Shown here: one piece after another, positions 21,542 through 31,060 of the stretch | Layout: each line of letters starts with the position of its first letter | Numbering within the stretch: the first letter of the stretch is position 1 | Origin: Wallemia ichthyophaga EXF-994 | Lineage: Eukaryota > Fungi > Basidiomycota | Assembly (NCBI RefSeq): GCF_000400465.1 | Contig: NW_008806287.1 | Location: 1-32,000, forward strand | Direction of reading: 5' to 3' | DNA: 32,000 bases | Made by a program: the position numbers and the translations under genes | Notes under the pieces: generated by a model | The model's database searches: none | Seen by the model: only the letters and a program-made list of their open reading frames with translations | Told to the model about the DNA's origin: nothing

Positions 21542-22237
21542 GTTAGTCGTGACTTTGTGAAGGATTCACCTTTGTCACTATAAATTAATCTACTATCAAT
21601 TTAATTCATTTGTTATTCATTCAATATGTTTGCCTTACGCCGAAAATTTGTTAGAGTTGCAGCTCGATATCACTCGGAGAGACACGGTAGAGCAGGTACA
21701 GATGCTCGACACCGCCTCTTCGATGCGTCAACTTATTATTGACTAGTAAATATTGGAAGTCCATTGGGCTTGAAAAGGCTCTGTATACGCGAAAATTATA
21801 ATACAAGTAACGTCTTTGTCGTCCTAAGTCCTCAAGAGCTTTTAAAAGTTAAAAAGTTAAAACATCTCGATGCTAGTCGCTATCATTACGAGCTGTTCAC
21901 TGAGCATTTAAGCGAGGGCTTTAAGATAAGGAAATATCATCTTTAGATTAAATTATAATAAAGAGGGGTGCTTTGCCCGTTGAGGCATTTGAACGCTTAT
22001 TACGCAGGTTAGGTTCAAGTTTGTGAAGGGTGAGGTATTCTGACCAAAAAAGTTTGAAATAAGGCACCCCTACCAAATTGTACTGCATGTATCACAGCTT
22101 TCGTTGTAATTTACTTTATGTATTAATCTTTAAATTTTCAGTATTTTTCAGAAAAATGAATATCAGGTCGTACAAAAACATGAAAACAAGATACATAGAG
22201 CACAAAGAGATCAAAGTTACGAAAAGTACACTCCCCT

Positions 22238-23575
22238 TCAAACATGCACATGCTCCGAGACCAAGTCATCGTCGACGACATCCAAGTTGAGGATGGCCTT
22301 CTGAATGATTTCAACGCCGTGTAAGAGGTCACTTTCGTCGATTACGAGTGGGGGAGCAAACCGAATGATATTTTTCTGGGTTGGTTTAGCGAGCAGACCG
22401 TAGTGTTTAAGGAGAAGGCATATTTCCATAGCGCCTCTGCCGCGCTTCGACTGGGACTCATCGATAACAACAGCGTTGAGAAGCCCCTTCCCGCGCACCT
22501 GCAAGATGAGGGGTGAGGGGATATGGCTGACAGCGTCTCTGAAGAGGTTGCCAAGGTGGACAGCTTTATCGCAGAGATGCTCATCGACAATGACGTCAAG
22601 CGCCGCCATTGCGACGGCAGAAGCGAGCGGGTTACCGCCGAATGTCGAGCCGTGGCTGCCCTCAGTGATGGTGAGCATGATGGGTCTGTCTGCGAGCACA
22701 GCCGAGACGGGATACACGCCACCTCCGAGTGCTTTTCCGAGCGTGACTATATCAGGACGTACGCCTGAGTGCTCGCTGCACAGCATCTTGCCTGTGCGCC
22801 CGAGACCCTGTTATGAGTGTGTGAGTGTGTGTCTCACTCTCTCAGAAAAACAACCCACGGTCTGTATCTCGTCCGCGATAAAGAGCACATTGTACTCCTC
22901 GCACAAACGCTTAGCAGCGCGCAGATAGTCTTCATTGGGCACGACTATCCCCGCCTCGCCCTGGATGGGTTCGACGAGGAACGCAGCGGTCGAGTGACCG
23001 TACTTGCTGAGTGCATAGTGAAGATCATCTATGGAGCCATACTGGATAGGTCTGCCGTCGACGTGAGCCTGGAGCCCGGGGACGAATGGACCGTAATGCG
23101 TAGTGGAGGCGGGGTCCGACGAGAGGGAGATAGCGGCAATAGTGCGACCGTGGAAATTGCCTTGTGGGGCAAAAACGCGCGCTTGGTCTTCACTCACCCC
23201 CTTTACGCGATATGCCCAGCGACGCGCCATTTTCAGCGCCGTTTCCACCGCTTCAGCCCCCGTGTTCATCGGGAGTACCATATCGTAGTGCAGGAGAGAG
23301 GTTAATTTGCGCGCATATGCCGGGAATACGTCGTTGTGGAATGCTCGACTGCTCAGCGTTAGTTTTGAGGCTTGGGCTGTGAGTGCGGAGAGAATCCGCG
23401 GGTGCGAATGGCCTTGGTTGACGGCGCTGTATGCACTAAGGAAATCCAAGTACGAGGCCCCTTCCACATCCCATACTCGCGCTCCTTCCCCACGCTCAAG
23501 CACTACGGGTAGTGGGTGGTAGTTGTGCGCCGAGTGGGCATTCTCGAGTGCGATGGCGGTGTCTGTTGTGCGCAT
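22238..23575 (-). CDS. CAR2: Ornithine aminotransferase (class III PLP enzyme); complement(join(22238..22807,22859..23575)), 428 aa
   Basis: HNYHPLPVV, YLDFLSAYSAVNQGHSHP, MNTGAEAVETALK, NFHGRT, EPIQGEAG. Intron 22858-22808 (GTGGGT..CTCAT..CAG) restores IADEIQT/GLGRTG. PLP lysine in LGKALGGG; HGSTFGGNPL. Confidence 0.95.
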
Positions 23576-23690
23576 TGTCTAGTGAATTTAGAAATTGAAT
23601 TTGAAATTATATTTTAGATTCAGATGATCGTCGTCGTCGTCGTTCAAGTTGCCGCTAATTCCCGGTGACATCAGTTGATTTACCGACGCG

Positions 23691-24836
23691 ATGAAATATA
23701 TTAAAATTAGCATATCAGATAAGGTGGCAGTGGTGGAATTGGACAGGTGGGAGTTGAACGCGGGCGCTTGGAATGTTTGCTAACCAAACGCTCTCACCGT
23801 CACCCAGGCAAACCAAGTGAGCCACGGGAGAGCAAGGCGAGACACGCACACTAACATTCTGACACAGGCTAAATGCATTCACGCGCGATATGTGGAGGGA
23901 AATGCGAGACGGTGGGTGGGCGCATGCAACAACACAATTACACTTACACTCACACCGCTCATAGCACTCACGACTATCAATCGCGATGCAGGCGTGCGTG
24001 CGGTCGTGCTTGTAGGTAATGGGAGGGTGTTTACGAGTGGGGTGGATGTGAAGGATGCGATGGCTGCGATGGATAGTATCAGCGGTAAGGCTAAAGCTGA
24101 CGTTGACGGCGACGCTTTGCAGAAAAGCATACAGATTCGCGCATACATCGAAGAGTTCCAAGAGGCCATTACAGCGATAGAAAAATGTGCGGTGCCCGTG
24201 ATAGCCGCGCTGCACGGCCAAGTGGTTGGATTGGGCGTAGACATAGCGTGTGCGTGTGACATACGCTACGCAGCGCGTAGCACACGCTTCAGTGTGAAGG
24301 AGGTGGATCTGGGTTTGGCAGGTGGGTAGAGAACGAGGAGAATTTTCACTGTCTCACATTATCACAACGCACATTGCACCACACACCACATTACACCTCA
24401 CACAGCTGACATAGGCACGCTTCAACGCCTCCCTCGCATTACTGGCAATGATGGTCTCGTCAGGGAGCTGGCATATACGGGCCGTGTGTTTGGGGCAGCT
24501 GAGGCACTGCAGATGGGATTTCTGAGCGGTGTTTCTAGCGCATCTACACGTATGAGTGCATTTCATATGGCTATGTACACAGCCACTGCTATCGCGGAGA
24601 AGTCGCCGGTGGCCGTTATGTCGACCAAGAAAATTCTCGCTTACAGTCGCGATCACAGGTGGGTGGTGGCTTGTGGTGTGTGAGCTGGCAAAGGCTGATG
24701 TGTTTTTAGTGTTGCTGAGGGACTGGCATACACAGCTCAACATAACTCAGTTGCGCTACAGAGTGGAGATGTGGAGGTGGCAGTGAGAGGAATGAGAGAG
24801 GGAAGAAAGGGGGTGTACAGGGATAGTAGGTTGTGA
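23691..24836 (+). CDS. ECH1: Delta3,5-Delta2,4-dienoyl-CoA isomerase (crotonase family), peroxisomal; join(23691..23746,23808..23816,23868..23911,23965..24321,24406..24658,24710..24836), 281 aa
   Basis: Five introns keep frame and give VELDRQTKLNAF, FTSGVD, PVIAALHGQVVGLGVDIACACDIR, EVDLGLAADIGTLQRLP, RELAYTGR, KSPVAV, YSRDHSVAEGL. C-terminal SRL is a PTS1. Confidence 0.9.
23808..23816 (+). other. 9-nt coding microexon (GCAAACCAA) in ECH1
   Basis: Preceded by GCTAAC..CAG (23779-23807), followed by GTGAGC; supplies R-Q-T-K of the crotonase R-x-x-K-L-N-A motif. Confidence 0.8.
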
Positions 24837-24881
24837 TGGTATTTTTATGTATGTACCTGGTATAAAGCCAAAAAAAAAAGC

Positions 24882-25418
24882 TCAATAAAACTCAATTTCA
24901 AGATATAGAAAGGCAATGGACTGAGGATTGAGAATATTCAAACCAGCAGGGTTGAAGGAGGAATAGTTGATGTGGTTTAGGGATTTCTCAAGTGAGGATA
25001 TGTGTTTTTGAAAGTGAGACTGTTTGAACCAACTGAGTGTGTATAAGGACAGTGTGTCGAGGAGGTGATCGAGTACAGCCATCCAGGGATTGAATGCTTG
25101 GAGGAGGATGTTGTTTATATGATCGACGGCAATTTTGAACTCGTCAACACCGATTCTGCCCTCTAATTCCATGGGGAATGTTGATTTGAACTGCCAAACT
25201 TCACCAGCGCGGTAATCTCTATCAAGCCTAATCAATTCACGGGGGAGGTCTATGAGAATCCTATGAGACTGAGGTGTACCGAAGTTTTTGAGATTTATGG
25301 GGGGATTACTGTGAGTACTATGATTACTATGATTACTGTGATTACTATGACTACTATGACTACTAGTGTGACTGCTATTGAAATTACTAGCCTGTTTGCT
25401 TGAATTATCCATAAGCAT
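24882..25418 (-). CDS. ERF4: Erf4/Golgin-A7 family subunit of the Ras palmitoyltransferase, 178 aa
   Basis: IRLDRDYRAGEVWQFKSTFPMELEGRI...INNILLQAF...NPAGLNILNPQSIAFLYLEIEFY matches the Erf4 domain as I recall it. ATG at 25418 (or 25412). Confidence 0.85.
   Translation of the reverse strand: MLMDNSSKQASNFNSSHTSSHSSHSNHSNHSNHSTHSNPPINLKNFGTPQSHRILIDLPRELIRLDRDYRAGEVWQFKSTFPMELEGRIGVDEFKIAVDHINNILLQAFNPWMAVLDHLLDTLSLYTLSWFKQSHFQKHISSLEKSLNHINYSSFNPAGLNILNPQSIAFLYLEIEFY
25304..25378. repeat. Coding 9-bp tandem repeat (GAYTACTRT-like), 7 adjacent copies plus an eighth after a 3-nt insert; encodes (HSN/HSS)n in Erf4
   Basis: gattactgt gagtactat gattactat gattactgt gattactat gactactat gactactag tgt gactgctat. 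Confidence 0.9.
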
Positions 25419-25438
25419 CCTCTTTCAAGAAAACAACG

Positions 25439-26806
25439 ATGGCTCAGGCTCAGGATTTAACGTGGGTAAGTGAATATAAAATAAAATAATAGAAACCCAG
25501 ACTAATAAATTTGAAGCATTTACTCCAATTCTTGGATCGACACTTATCACTCCCACTAGTAAATCACTTGACTGAGTTGGGTATTTACAGCCAGAGTGAT
25601 TTAGTTGAAGCGCAGTATGAGCTGGTTAAGAATACAAACATGGTTGACTACATGGAATCACTCAAACCCGGTAACACTGAAAACCCTGACAAATCCCACT
25701 TAATCCACAAGCAAGAAGATTTTGAAGCCACGAGTGCTGCGATTAGACGGGCGTTAGAGGACCAGGATATTAAATCCCAGATTAGCTCCCACGACAACAC
25801 CAAGAACTGCGAAATCCTCACCTCCAAATTCAATTTACCTGTGTCTTCTTTCGAAGTGCTGTATGAATATGGCACTTTTCAATTCAGCTGTGGTAATTAC
25901 ACAGCTGCTGCCGAGTATTTCTATCACTACAGACTACTATCCACCAACTCAACCACTCTCCTCTCCTCCCTCTGGGGCTTACTCGCTTCTAATATCTTGA
26001 AAGGTTCTTTCGACGACGCTCTCTCGAATTTCAACACCCTTAGAGAGTCTATTGATCGTCAGCAGAACTCTCAAGATAAGGGTACTGTCGTACAATTGCA
26101 ACAGCGTACCTGGCTCTTACACTGGGGTTTGTTCATTTTCTTCAACCACCCACAAGGCCGTGATTTACTTGTCGACCTTCTTTCACACACTGCTTACCTT
26201 AACACCCTCCAAACTGCCTGTCCTTGGTTATTAAGGTACTATGCCACAGCTGTCATTGTTACAAGCAGAAATTCACCCCAACAATCTAAATTGATTAGGG
26301 ATTTAGTTAGAGTGGTTACTATTGAGCACTATCAATACACTGATCCAATTACTAAACTCATTGATGCTCTTTACACTCACTTCGATTTCACTCAAGTTGA
26401 AAAACATCTCAAAGACACTGAAAAGGTCTTTGTACACGATTTCTTCTTATCTTCCCACCATCTCAAACAAGTCTTCTTTAACAACATACGTTTTTACATC
26501 ACACATGCTTACTGTCGTATACACTCGCATGTCAGTGTTGCTGAAGTGGCTAATAAGGTTGGATTAAATGAAGCATCTTTCTTACAGTGGTTGAGTGAGC
26601 AGCCGGAGCAACAAAATGACAATGAAAAGGCATTTATCGTCGCCTCAGACAACACCATCCACATACCTCACAATCAACAATCCATTGTCACTTCCATCCT
26701 CGACAGATCTGCTGCCATTGCTCTACGCTCTCAATCCATCAAGAACGCCCTTGATAGCGCACTCGAGTATCCACCAACACCTTCAGCAGATGTTGAAGTC
26801 AAGTGA
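25439..26806 (+). CDS. INT6: Eukaryotic translation initiation factor 3 subunit E (Int6); join(25439..25465,25517..26806), 438 aa
   Basis: Intron 25466-25516 (GTAAGT..CTAAT..AAG) gives MAQAQDLTW/HLLQFLDRHLSLPL. Also TNMVDY, FQFSCGNYTAAAEYFYHYR, LWGLLASNIL, LQQRTWLLHWGLFIFFNH, QTACPWLLRY, YTDPIT, DFFL, YCRIH (PCI domain). Confidence 0.92.
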
Positions 26807-26827
26807 GATGTTTCAGGTTGAAAAGTC

Positions 26828-26862
26828 TTCAAATTTCAAGCTTCAAGTTCCAAGTTCCAAGT
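26828..26862. repeat. Degenerate 7-bp tandem repeat x5 in the eIF3e-PI31 spacer
   Basis: ttcaaat ttcaagc ttcaagt tccaagt tccaagt. Confidence 0.8.
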
Positions 26863-26971
26863 ATTTTCACATGCATTTTCTTTCCCCTTTTAATCATCTT
26901 GATAATTTCTTTTCTTCATTTTCATTTTCCATATCTCGTTGCATTCCTCTCGTTGCGTCATAACCACCATC

Positions 26972-27985
26972 ATGACACTGCTTCAATCCACGCACGCAAT
27001 TCTGCCAACAGAAATAAACTCCGCCAACGACCTCCTAGCGTATCACATATACGCCATACTTGTAAGAGCACATGGAAAGCACCAGGTCCAATTCGATGGA
27101 GTGAGCCAAGACGGTGAATCAGAATCCGATAATGAGCAAGATGACGCTATATGTCATGCTATCAGCGTAAACGAGCCACCTAAAGAAATCCGCGTTGTTA
27201 GTCTTGGCGGAATTAGCAGGAGTGTCGTCTGCGTAGATCATAGTGCAGACGACGATATACGTACTCAGGTTCTATCTCTCGATAAATACCTAAATGTTGG
27301 CGCTTTCCCTGTTAAGCGCTCTGCTATCCATCGCGCTTTTCGCTCTCATGATGAATCTTTACAGGAAAGTAAATTGGCTTTGATGGGGAGTGATTTGGAA
27401 GCGGTGCTCTTTAGTGGCGGTGTGGACAGTGCAGGTGGTTTAGGTGGTGTAGCAAGTGCAGAGAGTGGCGGGACTGCTGGCAAGATTGAAAACACTTCAA
27501 ACACCTTGAACGCCTCGAGCACTTGGAATTCATCCACTGCAACCCCTTCACAGCGCTCGTCACAGATAACTGCAGACACGACGCATATGGCACACCCAGC
27601 ACAATCCAACACCCATCCTCTCAACATCGGCAGTGGCGACCTAGATCCTTTCCAGTCGTACACCCATCCACCAGGTTCATCGGGTGCATTCCCTGGCGCA
27701 CAGGGCATGTACCCCACTCGCGAATCTTTCCAATCTTTCCAATCATCCATCCCACCCGGCGCACGCTACGATCCTGTCGCACCCGTTTTTGGTCCTGGTG
27801 GCGGAGTGGGTGTCGGTCGCGGTACTGGCAGCACTGGCACACCCAACCACCCACGTAACCCCCCTTTCTCTCACTCTTTCCCTCCTAACCCTGACTTTGA
27901 CGAGCCTATGCCGCCTGGCAGTGTGAGTTTTAGTCTTTAATATGTCACTCCACTCACGTCATTCCAGTCCAACATGTTTATGTAG
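26972..27985 (+). CDS. PI31 (PSMF1/Fub1)-like proteasome regulator; join(26972..27922,27968..27985), 322 aa
   Basis: Pro/Gly-rich C-terminal half with PPGARYDPVAP and PNPDFDEPMPPG. Intron 27923-27967 (GTGAGT..CTCAC..CAG) gives the terminal SNMFM-TAG, an HbYX-like end. First ATG at 26972. Confidence 0.8.
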
Positions 27986-28146
27986 GCATACCTAAGACAG
28001 AATTCACTTCATAACCAAACGCATCAATACAATATAACAAGGCAAATAACGCACACAATAATCAGCTCAACTCAATTCAACTAACTGAATGACTAAGTAA
28101 ACGCATACAACTTTTTCTTGCTTCTTGCATGTGCCTACACTACATA

Positions 28147-31060
28147 CTACATCCACACACTCCAATCCATCACACCCACACTCCTATCTACACGCAAAGC
28201 CATCTCGAGGCGCTGCTTGAGGTGATGGCGGCGATTACGACTTTTGTAGCACATGGCGAGCATGTAGTGAGCTCCTGCGCTGTATCTGTGGAGGTGGTGC
28301 GAATTGCTTGTGAGATGTTCGAGGATACCTTCAACGGCATCTAGTCGTTTCTCACGCGTCATGTTCGCATGTAGATGTGTCGCCACTGCGTCATCCAGCT
28401 CGAATAGAAAGCACGCATATGCGTATTCGCTGTGTAGATGATTATCGTGTGAGTATGAGTGTGAGCTTGAATGTGAATGCTCCGACACAAACTGCGCCTT
28501 AATGAGCGAAGCATTGGCAAGCTTGTATTCCTTCCGTTCGATGCATTGCTTGGCGAGCTATCGAGTGTGAGTATAAGTGCGAGTGTGGTAGTGAGCGTGT
28601 GCATGTCACCAACATAGCAAAATAGCACACGCGCTAGATACCAACCTACCTCGATATACACCCCGCACATTTCACCCATCTCTCCCATTTCGCCAGCCTC
28701 CTCGGCCATATGTAGCGCATGTGCTGCATTCTCCCAGTCGCGTGCGCGGCGGTAGGTCGCAGCACTCATCACCCACAGCGCAACGAGGAGTGAGCGCTCG
28801 TGGCTGGCATACTCGCTCAGTTCCAGCGCCGGTCTGCCCAGCGCGTTTGAATTTCTGTTGCTGTTGTTGTTGCTGTTGCTGTTACTGTTGGTGCGTGTGT
28901 CTGTGGCCACGTCCGTGTGCGACGAGTGCTGTGTCCCCGTCGCACTGTCTGGCACACTCGACACGCGTATACGCGGCAGTGCCTTCTCCGCAGAGTGAGT
29001 GTTGTGCGTGTTGTGTGTGCTTTGTGTATTCTGCACACCCTGTGCACCTCTCGGTTTGCGCAACCTACCCAAGGCCCCACCGACACTCAAGCCGAGGTGC
29101 ATGTGCGGGTGGGGAAGGTGCAACTTCGACTTACGTCTGCTGCTATGAGTGTGAGATGACGGCGTGCTACCAAGGCTATTACGACTGATGCTACCGTCTC
29201 TGCGCAGCTGCGCCTGTCCACTCAATCCACTCAGCCCACTCAGCGCCCCCTCGCTGCCGCTCGCCTTGAGGGGGTAACTATGTGCGTCGTCCGCGAGCAC
29301 CTCCCTGTGCGCACCCTCGAACTGCAGCCCTTGCACGGCCCTCACGAAAGCTGCACTGCGCCAAATTTGCCCAGCGAAGAAAGCGAAGAGCTCCACGTGC
29401 CGCTCGAGAGCGCTCTCCGCACCATCGACTGTCTCAGTGAGGGCGCTCTCAAGCATGAGCAGTTGCATGACCGAGTATGAGCGCGTGACTGACGTCACAG
29501 TAGGAGCGGCGAGCGGGTCATTCGCCCCGTCTGTCCCAGCGCTCAGATCTATAGCGGAACGCACCACAGATAGCGCACCCTCTCCGTCAGACGCACTGAG
29601 CGTGTTCGCTAGCCGGTACCACGCCTCCCAGTCGTACGAGTCATGCGTTAACAATGTCCGCAAAGCTCCCAGTGACCCGCTTGTGTTGTATACCTGCCCA
29701 CACAACCACGCGTGCAGCTTCAGAGCGGGTGCGTGCGAAGGCGTAGATGCTAACACCCCATGCGTCTTCTCGAGCGCCTCACCAAATAGCCTCTCGCGTG
29801 TCGTCGCATCCTCGTCTGCCGGTGGTGTCAGTAAGTGGTAACAAAGGTAAGAGGCAAGTAGTAAGTGAAGTGAGATGCCCGTTACATTGTATACACATCA
29901 CTTCCTGCTTAAAACAACTCACCCTTTTCGGCTTCGTAGGCTAGCAACTGCGCTTGCATGTACACTTTCCGCATGTAGAACGCATCTCTCTCACTCACAC
30001 CGCCGTCCATCATGGATACAACCTCTTTCGCTAGCACCAGCTCACCCCGAGCTAGCAGAAGCGGGATGGCGTCATGGATAGTCTCCAAGTAGACTTCGTC
30101 GCCATCCAAATCCATCACCGTATCCTCGCTTATCGTCTCGTCGTTGTGCAGCGTACGCAGTTGGATATTGACTTTCTTCGCATCCGTCTGGCGACTCTTG
30201 AGCGCGAGCTGGTGGTATATCTCGAAACTCCTCACGGCCAAGTCGGCAGTGATGGGTGTGTCTCTGTTGAGGTAGAAGAGGCAGCGGAAGTTAGACTGCG
30301 AGAGGAAGCTGAAGGCCTGGGCGGAGATGAGGAGGTCGTTGATGACGGGTATTAGGCTGAGTGGCTTCTTGTAGTGCACCCACACGTCAAGCATAGCCTG
30401 CTGGAATTGGAGAATGTGGGTATTGTAGTGGCCTGATTTGGGCGTTGTGAGGTGCTTGGATAGGAGAGAATAGGTCTTGTATAGGAATTCTGTTATAGGG
30501 GTCGGTGGATGAGTGAGTAGAGTTTGTAAATGTCTCAGATGGATATCGACGTTGTTGGAGTGCTTGACAGCGTGTGAGGTTAGGGTGAACTTTGATTCAC
30601 TGTCCAAACCCCCTTCTGATGCGTGCTTTAACGCGTTTAGAATAATGGTATCTGATAAGTGATTGTAGGTGTTGATATTGAGGATTCTCAGGGAATTATC
30701 TGGTACTTGGATCAGTCCTCTCAACATCAAGACATCATTAAATACTTGAAAAAGCTCATTTGCCTCTTTATCGTTGAATTGATTGAGATTTGATGGTTTG
30801 TAGGACATGAATTGGGTGCTAGGCGTATACAGGAGACAGGAATAGTTGTGAATAATGGCGTCATTTGATTGCAAGTGTGAGCCTTGCCTATCGCCGCCAA
30901 TATCCGCCTTCAATAAAACCTCAAACGCCTTCAAATCGTCATCATTCTCTCTGCCGTGCTTCTTCAACTTCCTCAGAAGCTCATTCAAATTGGTAGTCTC
31001 ATCATTCGCCAGTTTAACCAGCAATTCTTTCAAATTCTTATTAAATTTTAGCTCGTTCAT
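28147..31060 (-). CDS. YPP1: Ypp1/TTC7-like TPR scaffold of the plasma-membrane PI4-kinase complex; complement(join(28147..28557,28650..29815,29923..31060)), about 904 aa
   Basis: Three long minus-strand frames joined in frame by introns 29922-29816 (GTGAGT..CTGAC..CAG) and 28649-28558 (GTAGGT..CTCAC..TAG). Motifs WEAWYRLA and LLVALWVMSAATYRRA...VYIE/LAK resemble fungal Ypp1. An upstream in-frame ATG at 31105 is an alternative start. Confidence 0.75.

Noticed and set aside
11854-24836. Siderophore or secondary-metabolite cluster (ABC exporter, ornithine enzyme, crotonase), plus an ATCAGATAA GATA motif at 23714-23722
   Set aside because: No NRPS, ornithine N5-monooxygenase or acyltransferase in the window. 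The crotonase has ECH1-type motifs, OAT is catabolic, and SSN6 intervenes. The 9-mer is in coding sequence and about 0.5 copies are expected by chance in 32 kb on both strands.
29816-29922. snoRNA in the unusually long 107-nt YPP1 intron (GTGATGT ... CTGA on the minus strand)
   Set aside because: Box C is imperfect, the CTGA coincides with the branch point, and no terminal stem or rRNA complementarity was evident.
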